Source: Paraspadella gotoi (taxonomy: Eukaryota > Animalia > Chaetognatha). From it: 64,000 nucleotides of DNA. The notes under the pieces were generated by a model. That model did not search any database and was not told the origin of the DNA. It saw only the letters and a list, made by a program, of their open reading frames with translations. The position numbers were made by a program, and so were the translations under genes. The DNA lies in assembly GCA_051294375.1 (NCBI GenBank), contig CM119270.1, forward strand, positions 21,440,456 to 21,504,455. Direction: 5' to 3'. Below, one piece after another: positions 23,901 to 38,100 of this stretch (its first letter is position 1; each line of letters opens with the position of its first letter).

Positions 23901-25834
23901 CTGCCGCTGCCACCGCCGCCCCCCCTCCCTTCTCTTCCCCCTCTTTATTTTTACGCGCGGAAACGACAGACATTTTTCGGAACATTTTCCGCCATCGTTG
24001 AGTCGGAGCGGGAGAGGGGGAGAGGGAGGGAGANNNNNNNNNNNNNNNNNNNNNNNNNNNNNNNNNNNNNNNNNNNNNNNNNNNNNNNNNNNNNNNNNNN
24101 NNNNNNNNNNNNNNNNNNNNNNNNNNNNNNNNNNNNNNNNNNNNNNNNNNNNNNNNNNNNNNNNNNNNNNNNNNNNNNNNNNNNNNNNNNNNNNNNNNNN
24201 NNNNNNNNNNNNNNNNNNNNNNNNNNNNNNNNNNNNNNNNNNNNNNNNNNNNAGGAGGAGGAGGAGGAGGAGGAGGAAGGGGGTGAAGGAGATTGGCAGT
24301 GAACTCACAGTGCGGGTGAAAGACTGAAAGGGAGATTCGGGTAGAGAAAAGGGAAAGCGAGAATCGTAATCTTTACGCGCGGTTTATACAATTTTATAAT
24401 TTATAGTTACATACATTATACTTTATTGCAGTTTTAATTTAGTGTTACTTCTGTCTCGAAATCGGCCAGTTGATTTGGACAACAACAACAACAATTAGTC
24501 TGCGATCATCGTCGCTGTTGATCTCGACTCTGTGTCATTTGGAAACGCAAAATGGCGGATAGATTATTTGCGATTTAAAAATGCGGAGAAAATCTCAATA
24601 CTTTTTAGTNNNNNNNNNNAAAATAAAATAAGGAAAGCATAAAGTCAAACATTGATCCGACAATTGTCGGTGAAAGTCGAAAAAAAGCCGTCGTTTGTCT
24701 TTTGTTTCCGGTGAAAATTTTTTAGATTTTTTTTATTTTTGCGACTAAAAATAATTTTTTCGGGATTCGAGCAAAAAATATTTTCCTCTTCCTCATTTTT
24801 TTTTAGTCTTCTTCCTTTTTTCCTTCTCTCCTCCCTTTTCTTTCCCCCACCTTCATCTATTTCCATTTCCTCCAACTTCCCACTCCTTTCCTTCTTCCTC
24901 CCTTTTCTTTCCCCTACCTTCATCTCTTTTCCTTTCCTCCCTCCTTCAACTCCTTTCCTTCTTCCTCCCTTTTCATCCCCCATCTTCATCTCTTTTCATT
25001 TCCTCCCTCCTTCCACTCCTTTCCTTCTTCTTTCCTTTTCTTTCCCCCACCTTCATCTCTTTCCTTTTCCTCCCTCCTCCCACTCCTTTTCTTCTTACTA
25101 TCTTTTCTTTCTTCTCCTTTTTCTTTTTCCTTTTCCTCCCACCTCCAACTCCTTTCCTTCTTCCTCCCTTTTCTTTCTTCTCCTTCATCTCTTTCCTTTA
25201 CCTCCCTCCTCCCACTTATTAGCTCCTTCCTCCCTTTTCTTTCTTCCCCTTCATCTCTTTCCTTTCCTTCTTCCTCCCTTTCCTTCTTCCTCCTTTTTCT
25301 TTTCTCCACCTTCTTTCCTTTCCTTTCCTTCTTCCTCCCTTTCCTCCACCTTCCTCTCTTTCCTTTCCTTTCCTTCTTNNNNNNNNNNNNNNNNNNNNNN
25401 NNNNNNNNNNNNNNNNNNNNNNNNNNNNNNNNNNNNNNNNNNNNNNNNNNNNNNNNNNNNNNNNNNNNNNNNNNNNNNNNNNNNNNNNNNNNNNNNNNNN
25501 NNNNNNNNNNNNNNNNNNNNNNNNNNNNNNNNNNNNNNNNNNNNNNNNNNNNNNNNNNNNNNNNNNNNNNNNNNNNNNNNNNNNNNNNNNNNNNNNNNNN
25601 NNNNNNNNNNNNNNNNNNNNNNCCTTCTTTTCCTCTTCCTTCTTTCCTTTACTTTCCTCCTTCCTCCCTTTCCTCCACCTTTCTCCCTTTCCTTTCCTCC
25701 CTCCATCTTCCCTGACCGTAGTTATACGGAGAGAGAGGAGAGAGAGAAGAGGAGGAGAGGGAGTAGAGGGGTTCGGACACGCCATAATCCGGAGGGGTGA
25801 AAAGAGAAGAAGAGGAAGACTAGGAGGGCGGGCG

Positions 25835-27275
25835 TGCTGTCCAAAGGGTCTTGCTGGCCGTTAGATACGTCGACCAACTAGCTGCTTGGCTGCCACCTCG
25901 AATCTTCCCTGAAGGTCAATCCGGATCTGGCATCCTCCGAGATCTTCGGAAATCCGGATCCAGTGGGCCTGCTCTTCGCCATCTGCTCGAAGTCGACTTC
26001 GTAGCTGGTGAGCGAGTGCAATGACCGCTTGAGCTACTTCTAAATCGATCTGGTTTATATTCCCGCTCCAAGTGGGTCGTCGCTCGCGTTTATCAACGGC
26101 GCTGTCGTTGAAGTTTTACCTTCCCTCGGTCGATTTGCGGGCGTTGTTGCTGCAGATGAACAGAATGTTTGGGGCGAAGACAGGGCGTCGCTACGAGCGT
26201 TAGCTTTACGCCTTTAGGTATCTAATGTCAGTTGTGAACTCTGCAATTTACGGATAACTTGGTACGATTGCCCTCAATTGTTTTGTGGTTCCGTTTTTTT
26301 GCGAATTGCTTGTCATAGACTCCTGGTGGTCTGTGTACAGTGGTGAAAGATCGACCTTCTACCGTACGAAAATGCCTCACTTGCTCTAAAGGCTCCGAAA
26401 AGTTCTCTGTCAACACGGTGGCCACAGTTTTCTGGTTCTTAGGCAAGCTTTGCCGAGAAAAAGGCAGTGGCTTCCCAGCCCCTTTGGCCCTCGGCTGCCT
26501 ATCGCAGAACTGCACCGGTACGGCGTGGTCGGACGCATCTGTAGTAATACAGAGTTTGGGCTCCGGTTGCGAGGGTGGTGAGTAGGCGTCCGCTGAAAGA
26601 TCAAGGCCCCTTCCTTGATCGTATTCGAAAGCATTCTCGCAGTTCGCTCGTATACCACTCTAATGTCTTTGGCTTTCCCACTGAGCGCCTCATAGAGGGG
26701 AGCACAATCGGTGGGCGACCTTGGTATGAATCTCCAGGTAGTTAATTTATCATACGCGCAAGAATCGTTGGAGCTTCCTTGATGGATGTAGTCGTGTGGT
26801 TTGCTTTCAGGGTTTGAACTCGGCCTGGTAGGGACGAACGCCGTTCCTGTCCACGATGAAAATCCAAGGAACTCTATTGACTTCCTGTCCCCAGCAGGAC
26901 ATTTTGGTATTTACAAACCAAATCCGTTCGCCATCGAGTGCCTTGAAACGGCTTCTCTCAGATCCCTCTGAGATGCTCCTCAGGGGAGGATGAATGCACG
27001 AAGTATTATCGTCCATAGACGAAAGTATGGGGAAATATCCCCAAGATATTTCGTATCCATTAAACGCTGAAAGTCTGCCGGCGTTTTTCAAGGCCAAATG
27101 GGCATCGAGGAAAACATACAAGCCAAAGCGGTGTGATTACCGCGCGTCTTCTTGACGTCAGTTGGGGTCCACCGGAATCTGGGGTAACCCTTAAAAGATC
27201 TATTCTTGGAAAATATTGTTTTTCCTCCAGCTGGGCATTGAGTCTGTTAGCAGTTTCAGCCTGGGTACTTGTCAT
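25835..27275 (-). mobile_element. Ty3/Gypsy pol fragment (RT - RNase H - start of integrase linker), probably CsRN1-like, heavily frameshifted
   Basis: Piecing frames together by eye gives approximately YF(S)xIDLLRGYxQIP, K(T)AVITPxGLY, CPFGLKNAGQTFQRLMD, FVY(M)DDIL, IEFLGF, LQRFLGMINYY, ITTDASDHAVGAVL, PLAFFS, DRELFGAFRAVRHF, YTDHQ, IAEFTTDIRYLKG...ADALS, and LLVDVSNGPARPF. The 5' end runs into an N-gap; no LTRs are visible. Confidence 0.9.
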
Positions 27276-27747
27276 NNNNNNNNNNNNNNNNNNNNNNNNN
27301 CTCTCTCGCTCTCTCCATGTCGACTCTATCACTTCAGTCGTTCGTTCCATTCACGGTCGGGACTCTCTCTCTCTCTGTCTGTATCTCTCTCTCTGTCGTC
27401 CACTAAAAAAAAAGCGAATTCGAATAAATTATCAAAAAAAAACTCTTCTTCTTTTACTTCAAAAGCTTTGGATGTTTTAGGCTTTTGGAGGAAAAAAAAA
27501 CCACCGCGAATGTCGTTTTGTTTTTTAATTATTATTTCGCTTTCGTTGTCTACGTCCAAATAAAAAAAAACAAAAAGACAAAACAAAACAACAAAGGAAA
27601 AACAAAAACCTCAAGATTGACTCTGTCTCCCTCTGCCTTTTCCCCCCTTTTTAACTTCCCTCTGGAGATTCTGTGGCGAGGAGCGAGGAAGAGAGAGATA
27701 GAGACGCTAAGCGGAAGCGTCGTGGCGCCTTTGACTAAAAAGTCTCA

Positions 27748-27773
27748 TATAAAAAGAGGGCGTGGCCGGAAGT
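27748..27773 (+). promoter_or_regulatory. Putative Pol II core promoter (TATA + GC box + ETS)
   Basis: TATAAAAAG at 27748, gggcgtggcc at 27758-27767 and ccggaagt at 27766-27773, followed by a candidate non-coding exon ending at the donor aa|gtgagt (28192/28193). Confidence 0.45.
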
Positions 27774-30700
27774 GAAATTAAAAACAAAAGACTCGAATCG
27801 CGAAGATCGAAGATCGAAAGTCTGGATTCGTCGTCGATTTAAAGAAGAAGAGGAATAAATTAACGAGACAGAGACGCTTGGAACCGACGTCGTGGGGAGA
27901 GAAGAAAAAAGGAGAACGACAGAGAGAGAGAGAGAGTGAAAACGAAAAAAAACGGGAGGGAGAGAGAGTCAAAGCGGGAGGGAGGGACAAAGAAAAAAGA
28001 AACACAAACTCCTTTTTTTTTTGTTTCGATTTTCAACGAATCAAAATTGATTTATTTTCCTCATTTCGTTCCGGAATAATTAAAAAAAAATAATAAAAAA
28101 TAATAAAAAGCAAAACAAAGAATAAAGAAGAAAAAAGAAGAAAAAAGAAATAAAAAAAAGAAAAGAAGAAAAAAGGAAACAACGACTAACAAGTGAGTAA
28201 AAAAAAATGTTACGTTAGTTAAAACTTGTCATTATATATTACGGAAAAATGGATTGACTTTTAAATTTTAATTTAGGTAGTTTTGTAGCATTTTACTTTT
28301 GACTGTTTTTGAAAGATAGATGGGCATGCTTTTAAATATGTTTCATATTTTTATTATTAAAAAAAATCAAGAAAACTTTTAAAATGTTGTATTGTAATCC
28401 GAAGTAATGTATTTTATTGTATCATAATTTAACAATTAAAAATATCATTATCTTTCGAGAGGGAGGCTTCCAAGAAACATAGCCTTTAAGCAGACGTCCG
28501 AAAAAATCATAAAGAAACAATTTTACTTTTTTTCAAGATCTCATTCGCAATTTAAACTCCTTCAACTTAACAGGTTAATAAAATTAACCTGTTTAATTGT
28601 CACCAGGATTTATTTTCCCAGAAAAACGACAATCGTTCTCAAAAGTGTAATTTTTTTCGGTTGAACTATTTTTTTTCCGTTAGTATTAACCGATGCTAAA
28701 TTGTTTTTGAGTAGACTAAAGTTTAACTCGTAAAGTGCTTATAATCTCATTTTTATATATAAAGCTAAATACTTCGTTCAGCAAGGACTCACCAAAAAAC
28801 GAACCAACAAAGACATTTTTTTTAAACTTTAGAACTTTAGAAAAAAAGCTAAAAAAGAAAGTTAATATTCCCGTTACTATCCCTTAAAACGTTATTTCTC
28901 TTGTTCAAAATTCTGGAATTTCCCATAATTTTTATGGACCACCCCTTAAAAAGCGCTCCCTTACCGGCTTACCCGTTGGATTCAGGGTCGTCGCACGGCG
29001 GTCTCGCGTTCGACTCCCAACGGGCTTCTAATTTTTCTCATTTGTGAATTAAAATCAGCGGGAATGCGCGTTTGTTTAATTTACTAAAAGGTTCAAGTTT
29101 TATCACAAACTTTTTCACTTCTTCACGCGTCGGTTAATGTTTAAAATGCAATTCGCAATTTTCTGACAAAAAAAATGTTTAACTGAAGAGAAACTGATCC
29201 TATTTTCGCACATATTTGGTTTTGAAATATTTTTCCTAAAAACAGATTAACAGTATTTATAATCTAATCGCGTCAGGTTACGTTAAACTAAGTACAAGTA
29301 ATTAACTGAAATTGTGATGCTCGTGGAATTTTTTAATTTTTTCAATTTTTTTAAAATTGTTAATTTAATTTAATTTCTTTGATTTGCAAGAACAACTAAT
29401 AGGAATTCTTGTTTCAATATATCAACTCGACCTTGACACAATCTTTATGTGACCACGTTGCAATCCGGGCCCCAAAGCAGTGCCGTCGCAACATAAATCC
29501 GTTTACAATATTATAATCCAACCCAGGATATTTCCATCTAAATATAATTTTATCTCAGCTTAAATTCAATTGTCTCTTGGTCTGTCCAGTGTCCAGTTTA
29601 CAGTGTCCACATCCCTGTTCGAATCAAGCGTAATTAAAGAATGTGCTATGTGAAACCAATCTTAGTTTAAGCTTAGTACATTCTAGCTCTGACACAGATT
29701 GGTCATAGCTTTAACTTGCCAAAAGCATTGCTTGACCCAGGTTTCAACCCGAATCAACTCTAGGCTTTTTGCCATTTCCACCCTGACAAGATCTTGGCTG
29801 AATCATGGCAAAACTTTATAATGTTCAGTTAAGGTGATGTTTATAAAAATTGTTCTATTCCAGGCTAACCTTGGATACATTATGATACATGTCAGGCCCC
29901 CATTGCAATCCCTACCAATGCAATCCATTACAATCCGTACCATTGCAATTCATTGCAATCCGTACCATTGCAATCCATTGCAATCCCCAGGCTCTCCTAA
30001 AAGCCTAGCTCATACCACCCCTGTACAATTAATTTAACCAAAATAAGGTTTGGGTGCTTTTTAAAATCACTCAGTTATCACATAATTTATGTTTGTAATT
30101 GAAGATTTCCTACTGGTACAAAAATATTTTACGAAATTGAAAGCTATGATTTCTCTTATATTTTTTTCATATACATGTATTTCTAGTCAATTGAGTTTTT
30201 CCCGCCCTTTCCCTCCCCTTAAGAACCCTGGCCTCTTTGCTTTTTTAAACGCCCCCGTCCGCCGGACCCGACCCTCGCGTGACCTTCCTTCAAGGTCATC
30301 CCGACTTCCCCCTCTCTCTCTCTCGACGGTATCGTTCAACCTGGACTCAGGTCGGGACATCTGAATCTGAACCTGAAAGTGAACCTGGATCTGAATCTGA
30401 ATCTGTAGCCGGTTTTAACCTTTCGATCTCTCGCGACGAAATTCGATTAGACGACAAACGAGGAACGACGACGACGACGACGACGACCATATGTACTTTT
30501 CAAATTATTTTTTAATGTTTTTCTTATTCGTTTTTTATATCTGTATTAAAATAAAAGAGAGAGAAAAAAAGAGCCTCCCCCTTCCATCCCCCCACACTCG
30601 CTCCCTCTTCCATACCCCCAGCGGCCGAAGATTCGTAAAAACTATTCGTCGATGTTTTCTTGCACTCGTAATTAGTTGTTCCCTCTTCAATATTCCCCCC

Positions 30701-30912
30701 TTGAGTTCCCCCCCCCCAAGGACTTCCACCCCAGGTCTTCCTTCCCATCAGAGTCCCCCCAAAAAGGTCTTCCCCCTCAGAGTCTTCTCCCCTGTCTTTC
30801 TCACTCCCTTCTTTCAGAAAAAAAAAGTAAGAAGAAGAAGAATAAAAGGAGAAATTCAAATGTTTTTTAAAAACGCGTTTAATTCGTTGCTGAGGAGAGG
30901 AGAGAGATGAGG

Positions 30913-30956
<44 letters not shown>

Positions 30957-32012
30957 GAGGAAGAAGAGGAGGAGAGAGAGAGAGAGAAAGACAAAGATCG
31001 TTAATCTTGCTTCGTCTTCAGAGATGGGTACCGCTTTGGGCATTGAGATACAGTGGGATCCTCGGAGATAAGAATGGTTTCGAACATAGATAATTTTGCA
31101 ATAAGTAAATCTAAAAAAACATGTAATCAGCTATTCACTGAATCTAATGGATAAAGTAGGTGATGTTCTTTTTTAAAAATCTTCCCGTGAGTCTATGAAA
31201 AGATCACAGCCTCTCACTGATGAAGAGAATCTGTGAATAAATGAAAAGTGACAAGAGACGTGGGGCAATGGCCCAATTAATTTCTATCCTTTTTGTTAAT
31301 ATTTGACGCATTTGACAAGTGAAACACTCGTTACTAAATTGTTCATCTTTGTAATCCCTCACCATTTTTGTTTAAAATAATAATTTCAGAATATTTAAAA
31401 CTATATAATGAATTTTAAAACGTAATTTTGAGTAGTTTTATAAATAATCATAGGAGTGTTAGTAAAACAATTACCTTCTCACGAAGGATCAAATTGTAAA
31501 TTTAAATTTCAAGAACGCCCCAGATGGAGAACCCGCATTTGAGAGAGAGACAACTGTAAAATGTAAATTCAAATTCGAATCAATTATATTTAATCTTGGA
31601 AAATTACGAGGCCATAAACTTAACGCAATTAGATCTCTTTCCCATGTTAGCTAAAAAATCTTCTTAATTAAAAACAATGTTTTTTTCCCTTTCTTAAGGA
31701 AAAGATAAAAGGAGCAGAATGTATCTTCCTTATTTTTTAAAAACTGTCGCGAATATAATTCAATTTGGATATCGAAGCTTCTTTTCTTTTCGTCTCTCGA
31801 AGCCACAGACGTTTAACAATTAATTTCCAATTTTTACTTAAAAAAAAAAAAAAAATTATTCCTGACCTGATGCCCGGAGATACGAAACGGTACCTCAGTT
31901 TTAAAACTGAAATAAAGAAAGAAAAAAAAACTCCGTAAAGTTTTTTTTTTCTTTTTACCTTTTTACTTCCAGTATTAAAAAAACGAGGGGAAAAACAATA
32001 AATATATATATT

Positions 32013-32407
32013 GGCTCTCTTTTCCGAGAGTGCCCCATTTCTGTTCCTTTATATCTTTTCTAAGAATACTTTATTTCTATTGATTAATCCTATAATTTAA
32101 TTTTAACCATAATAATTAACCCAAATATATGTATAAACTTTTTAACCTTAATACCTAACCTATTCTTAAAAACTTATCATTAATTTTTAAATATTAATTT
32201 TAATACCAGACCCTAACCTAAATCCCTAACCGAAATCCCTAACCTTAATTGCAAACTCGTCCCTCACAAGCTAACCTTAGTCCTTAACCTAATATCAAAC
32301 TTTTAACTTAATATTTGTATTAAAAACTAATTTAATTCCAAATTTAAAATAAAATGAAGCATTCTGGAAAAATAAGATAAAATGGGGCATTCTGGGAAAA
32401 TAAGGCC
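32013..32407. mobile_element. MITE-like element with ~28-bp imperfect TIRs and internal (CCTAAC)-like repeats
   Basis: Left end ggctctcttttccgagagtgccccattt versus reverse complement of right end ggccttattttcccagaatgccccattt. A related copy lies at 40375-40709. Confidence 0.6.
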
Positions 32408-32929
32408 TCAAACCACTTAAATTGTTTTTTTTTTTCTTTCCCTCCCATTTTTGTTGCGCCACTCGTTATATATATCGCCCCTCTGCCCCTACTACTCCCC
32501 CCCGCTCTCCCAACCCGCCCCTCCAGGAAACGCGGCCCCGGCCGTGTGTTAATGCCATTCTCTTCGTCTCCAAAAACCAAAAGCGGGAAAAGGATCAATG
32601 GCCGCCGCCGCCGCCGCCGCCGCAGCCGCTCCGCTAACCGCCGCATTATCCTCGCTATTCTCGTCGCTTCTCGCGTACGCAACGTTCGGCCACGATTACG
32701 ATTATCCCTTCGTTCACGAGTGGAAACAATTTGCGTGAAAGAAAAACGAAAAAAAAAAATTATATATATCACGAAATTCGTAGGCGAAGTGACGCTTTTT
32801 AATTTTGTTTGGCCTTACTAATCGTTACTAAAAAAAACGTTACTAAAAAAAACGTTACTAATACGAGGTGGAAAAGTAAATCTACGAAAGACGTCGAAAC
32901 ATCCTGGATTTGTAGCAAAATTGTACGTC

Positions 32930-33012
32930 ATCGTACGACATATTCCGACATTTTCCGACATTGTCCGATATTATTCGACATTGTACGACATATTCCGACA
33001 TTGTACGACATT
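32930..33012. repeat. 10-bp tandem repeat (cgacatattc/cgacattgta) just upstream of the DEG/ENaC ATG
   Basis: About 8 imperfect units. Confidence 0.8.
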
Positions 33013-33068
33013 TCACGAACATTGTGCGTCGTATTACGACGTTAAAATCTTTCTTCCTCCGATAAACA

Positions 33069-34007
33069 ATGGGAGGCGAAGACGACGATGCCGGTAGTGA
33101 TTACGTTCACAGGAGTTGGGGTGACTCCTGGGAAGACTTCACACAGAACACGACCATGCACGGGTTCAGATACATCTTTGACCCAACCCCATTTAAGATC
33201 AGAAGGTAAGTATTGAGTAGGCTAAGACTTAAGAGGGTAAGGTTATTAAAGAATGTTATTAGCTGGAACTAGGATTATCAGTGAGGTAATATCGATGACA
33301 AAAGTTTTCTTCTAAACCCAAGGGTCCCGGGTTCTAGTCCTGAGTAACCTTACGGTTGCCTTGCCGCCGGATCCAATTATCCGTAATGCTATATCGGCCG
33401 CGAGGGGATAAATTTCTCTGAATATACTACATTGGAAATCCTCTCAACATTACTGTTTAAAAAAACTAAACTAAGTTAAAAGATTAATTCATAAAAATGT
33501 TTGTCAGTGGCTTTGGTTTAGGTCCAGATAAATTTCCCTGACCAATGAATTAAAATCGCCTATCCAAAGTCACGAGACGGATAGCTTGAATGTCTAATTT
33601 TCTATTTCTTATACAAATTTCATAAATAAATTTGTCGGTTTTCAAGAATTTTAAAAAGTTACGATGAGGTAATCGAAAATGCTTCTTCGATTGAATGAAT
33701 TATTCATTGTTGGTGATCGACATTTACTGCTTGCCAGTAAAGTTCAAGCATTTACTGCTTGCCAGCAAAGTTCAAGCGTCGGAAAGGTTGACAAGATGTG
33801 ATCGTTCACAGTGTGATGTGCTGATTCACCACTTGTGATTTTATTCTTTAATTATATCGACCTACTTGTGATAGAACAAACAGTTGGGAATTAAATTAAA
33901 ATAAAGAAAATAAAAAAGTGTTAAGAGATCCTTATGTGATAAAGAAGTTGAGTATTTACTTTTCATTTGATAATTTTTATGTTCTCATGCTGACAGAGAG
34001 ATAATGA

Positions 34008-34043
<36 letters not shown>

Positions 34044-35001
34044 ATTTATTTGAAAATTTGTTGTAATGATTGATGTCATCATTATTATAATTATCACTAT
34101 TACATCAACATTATCATTAATATTATATAATTTGTAAAAAAATGAATGAATATGTTATAAAACATCTACACGAAGGAATAATATTTTGTAAACATTATAC
34201 GTACTACCATGATAGAAAAAAACTTGTCATGGTTTGTAAAAATTATTACATTTCATTCTCAAATACTTTTTTTGGAAGATATCGTGATCTCCAAAAAATA
34301 GTTTGGATGTTGTCTTCACGACATTAAATACCATTCGATATTCATTTGACAATAAATTGTAAGGCTGCATATTTTCCTATACACAACTATCTAGGATATT
34401 ATTGTTTTCAGATTATTATGGATTCTTGTGGTGATCGGTTGTTTCATGGCCGCAACGAGCCAAATCATTATGCAAGTGATGTATCTCCTGTCGGACCCTG
34501 AGGCGGCGAACATCAAGGTGGTCTACAAAGACATGCTCCCTTTCCCGGCCATCACCATCTGCAATCAAAATCAGTTCAGGTACATCGGACCTTTGAGGAT
34601 TAACGGCTCGAGTACGCGCTGGTGGTTACGATGTTTCCCTCTACAAAAATTACAATACTTCGAAACGGTACTTTAAGAAAACGGCCCATCTCAGCTTTTT
34701 TTTTTTTCGCCATGCCGTGCCATGCTGTTCAGGATTGTGTTGGAAAAATTCAAAGCTCCTATTTCATACTGACTTCATAGTATAGTCATAGTCATAGTAG
34801 TAAATAAACATAGAATTGGGGGTTGGAGTGGGAGAGACGCGAAAGAAAAACGAAAAGATTTGAAGAGAAAAAAAGACTAGGAATTTTTTAAATTTTAGAT
34901 TTCTGGCATTGCATCGGGACTTGCCTGTTCCATAGCATCAGCAGAAGCGTCCATCTTGACAATGGATTTAAGAAAGAAACTTCTTTTACGCAAGACTGTC
35001 C

Positions 35002-35038
<37 letters not shown>

Positions 35039-35093
35039 TCCTCTCGTTTCTCTCTCTCTCTCTCTCTCTTCTTTCTCTCTCTCTCTTTCTCCT

Positions 35094-35154
<61 letters not shown>

Positions 35155-38100
35155 TTCAAAGCCAAAATCTTTCCGTCAGCAATTCTGTGTTTTTATTGTC
35201 GACAAAAAAATCAAAAACGAAAGAAAAGTAGAAAAATAGTAAAAAGTCCCGGCTTCTCAATTGCGTTAGAAAAACATCAATGAATTAAGCTTTCAACTGC
35301 AATCGCGAACTGTGGACTTGATGCTGACATCTGCGGTATTCTTTAAGAACCACCTTTTATGTTTCTCGATCCGTAATTTATTAAAAGGAGTTTCACTGGT
35401 AAAGGGCCATTAATAGTGTATCTCATTTGCTGTTTATCGTAAAAATGAGATCTGTATTTTGTTTGAAAGCTAAAAAGCTTTTGTTTATGGTGCAAGAATA
35501 ATCAGGACTTTCTTCTTGTGCTTTTACATCGTTTTGGGTAATTTTTTTTGCGGCAAAAAAATTTTTAAATTATATTAAAAGAGAAACTAATTTTTTTATT
35601 TAAATATATATTAATATTAATAATAATAATATGATTTGTTTGTTTCAGAGTTTCGGCGACGGGAGCAACGCCCCTACCGGGAAATCCCAACATGACCTAC
35701 TACGATTTGATTAACATCATTTACGGGGAGAAATACCCGGAGGCAGAGCAGCTCGAAGAGTGGGGTGTAGCCGACAAAACGTTTCACGATCTTTACGAAG
35801 TCGGAAATCACCTCAAGGACAACATGTTGATTACGTGAGTCGGGGCATTCTTGTCAACATTGGCCGGTGAACGATGAGTACGAATCATTTTCTTGGTTGA
35901 GGTCAGATTGAAAAAAAAAAACGTGAAATAATAAACTGTTGTGTCTGAGAAATACATTTTTTCATTTGGGCCAATCGTTGTGGTTCACGCGGTACCATGT
36001 ATTCTTTTTTGCCCTGTTGAATTATAAAAATTATTTGTAGAATTCGCCACTTAAACCTCGCATCTTTTCGTTTTTCACTAAAAAAAAGCGAAATAAAAAA
36101 AAGGAACAATTTTTATGAAAGCCTCAACGTTTTTCTTTTCTGTTTTCGATGACCTTTCCCAGAAAAGAGACTTTTTCTTTTTTTTCTTTTGCTTTTTCTG
36201 CTTTTTCTTTTTCTGTTTTTGCTCTTCTTTTTCTGTTTTTGCTATTTCCTATTGTGTGATTCTGCGTGCGCGCGTGTGAGCGTGCGTGCGTGCATGTGTG
36301 TTTTCCTTCTTCAGTATGAAAGTTATCACTCGGGAATCTCTCTCTCTCTCTCTCNNNNNNNNNNNNNNNNNNNNNNNNNNNNNNNNNNNNNNNNNNNNNN
36401 NNNNNNNNNNNNNNNNNNNNNNNNNNNNNNNNNNNNNNNNNNNNNNNNNNNNNNNNNNNNNNNNNNNNNNNNNNNNNNNNNNNNNNNNNNNNNNNNNNNN
36501 NNNNNNNNNNNNNNNNNNNNNNNNNNNNNNNNNNNNNNNNNNNNNNNNNNNNNNNNNNNNNNNNNNNNNNNCCAGATGCAAAATGGGGCGAAAGGTTTGC
36601 TCCATCGCCAACTTCACTCGGATAATCACAGATCACGGGGTTTGTTTCACATTCAACACGATGCTTGACGAGGGCGGGAACAAGATCGAAGACGCGGAGT
36701 TAATACCGATTNNNNNNNNNNNNNNNNNNNNNNNNNNNNNNNNNNNNNNNNNNNNNNNNNNNNNNNNNNNNNNNNNNNNNNNNNNNNNNNNNNNNNNNNN
36801 NNNNNNNNNNNNNNNNNNNNNNNNNNNNNNNNNNNNNNNNNNNNNNNNNNNNNNNNNNNNNNNNNNNNNNNNNNNNNNNNNNNNNNNNNNNNNNNNNNNN
36901 NNNNNNNNNNNNNNNNNNNNNNNNNNNNNNNNNNNNNNNNNNNNNNNNNNNNNNNNNNNNNNNNNNNNNNNNNNNNNNNNNNNNNNNNNNNNNNNNNNNN
37001 NNNNNNNNNNNNNNNNNNNNNNNNNNNNNNNNNNNNNNNNNNNNNNNNNNNNNNNNNNNNNNNNNNNNNAATGAATGAATGAATGAATGAATGAATGAAT
37101 GAATGCTTGTTAGAATTGGTGTTCTTTTTAGAAATTGAGTCCCCTAAAGATTTAATGAGCGTATGAATATTCTCATCAGGACTCGACATTGGACAATGCA
37201 CTTGAGTTAATTTCAATGTGAATCATATTTTCTTATTTAATTAATTAAAATTAATGTTCCCAAGACGCCGCAGCGGCGGCTAAAAAAGAGCGGCTCGCTG
37301 CTCACTTTTCCGACGCTTTTCCCTCGAGAGGAAAAGTTTTCAGTCACGAAACGGGTAACGAAAAAAAACTGTGTAATCGATGGGCCTTTTTAGCGGGTCC
37401 AAAATCTTGGCTCAATTTTATCATTTACGTCAAACTCATTCGGTTCTTTTTTAATTTTGGTGGGAGGGCAAAAGGTCCGCTAGTTTTTGGAACTGTACAA
37501 TTTTTAATATCGACAAAAGAGATATTGGTACAGCTTTTTATTAGTACAGGGAGCTTATAAAAAACATTTCTCATCCTTTTTCTTTGCTTTTGGGTTTTTG
37601 CACAAGAAAGGACAGTGGACACACAATTTGGGGCAAAACAAACGTGGGATTTTAATTTAACTTCTCACTCATTTTCTTCCCTTTTCCCTCCACCCATCCA
37701 CAACCCACCCACCTACCCATCCACCACCCCTTCCCCTATCCCTCTATTCTCCTTAACCCCCTTTTCTCCAACCAACAGGAATCGCAGAGGGTTTAAAGCT
37801 TCAGATTAACGTAGAGCAATATGAGTACATGCGAGGTCCACACGACTCCGCTGGACTCAAGATTCTCATTCACGATCCCTACGAATTTCCCCAAGTCGGC
37901 GACCTGGGCGAAGCCGTGGCGCCTGAGACCGTCACGCTGGTCGGGCTGAGACTTTTGGAGGTCAGTAGCTGGGCTGGCGCAGAAGCTGTGGTGCCTGAGA
38001 CCAGTACACGCTGGCATCGGGCGGAGAACACTTTGGAGGTCCAGGTAGCTGGGCTGGGCTAAGCCGAGGCACCTGAGACCATCACGCTAGTTGGTATCAC

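Noticed and set aside
24739-25800. Long ORFs rich in F/S/P/L or K/E/R/G (also 13506-13816, 39565-40290, 54641-55084 and others)
   Set aside because: These are translations of purine/pyrimidine low-complexity tracts and N-gaps, not genes, apart from small real exons at their ends.
28972-29023. tRNA-like hairpin cccgttgg...gttcgactc...ccaacggg
   Set aside because: Only ~52 nt with no complete D or anticodon arms and a poor T stem. At most a SINE or tRNA fragment.
32150-32300. Telomere-like cctaac runs suggesting an interstitial telomere
   Set aside because: The runs are degenerate and confined within the MITE-like element in both copies.
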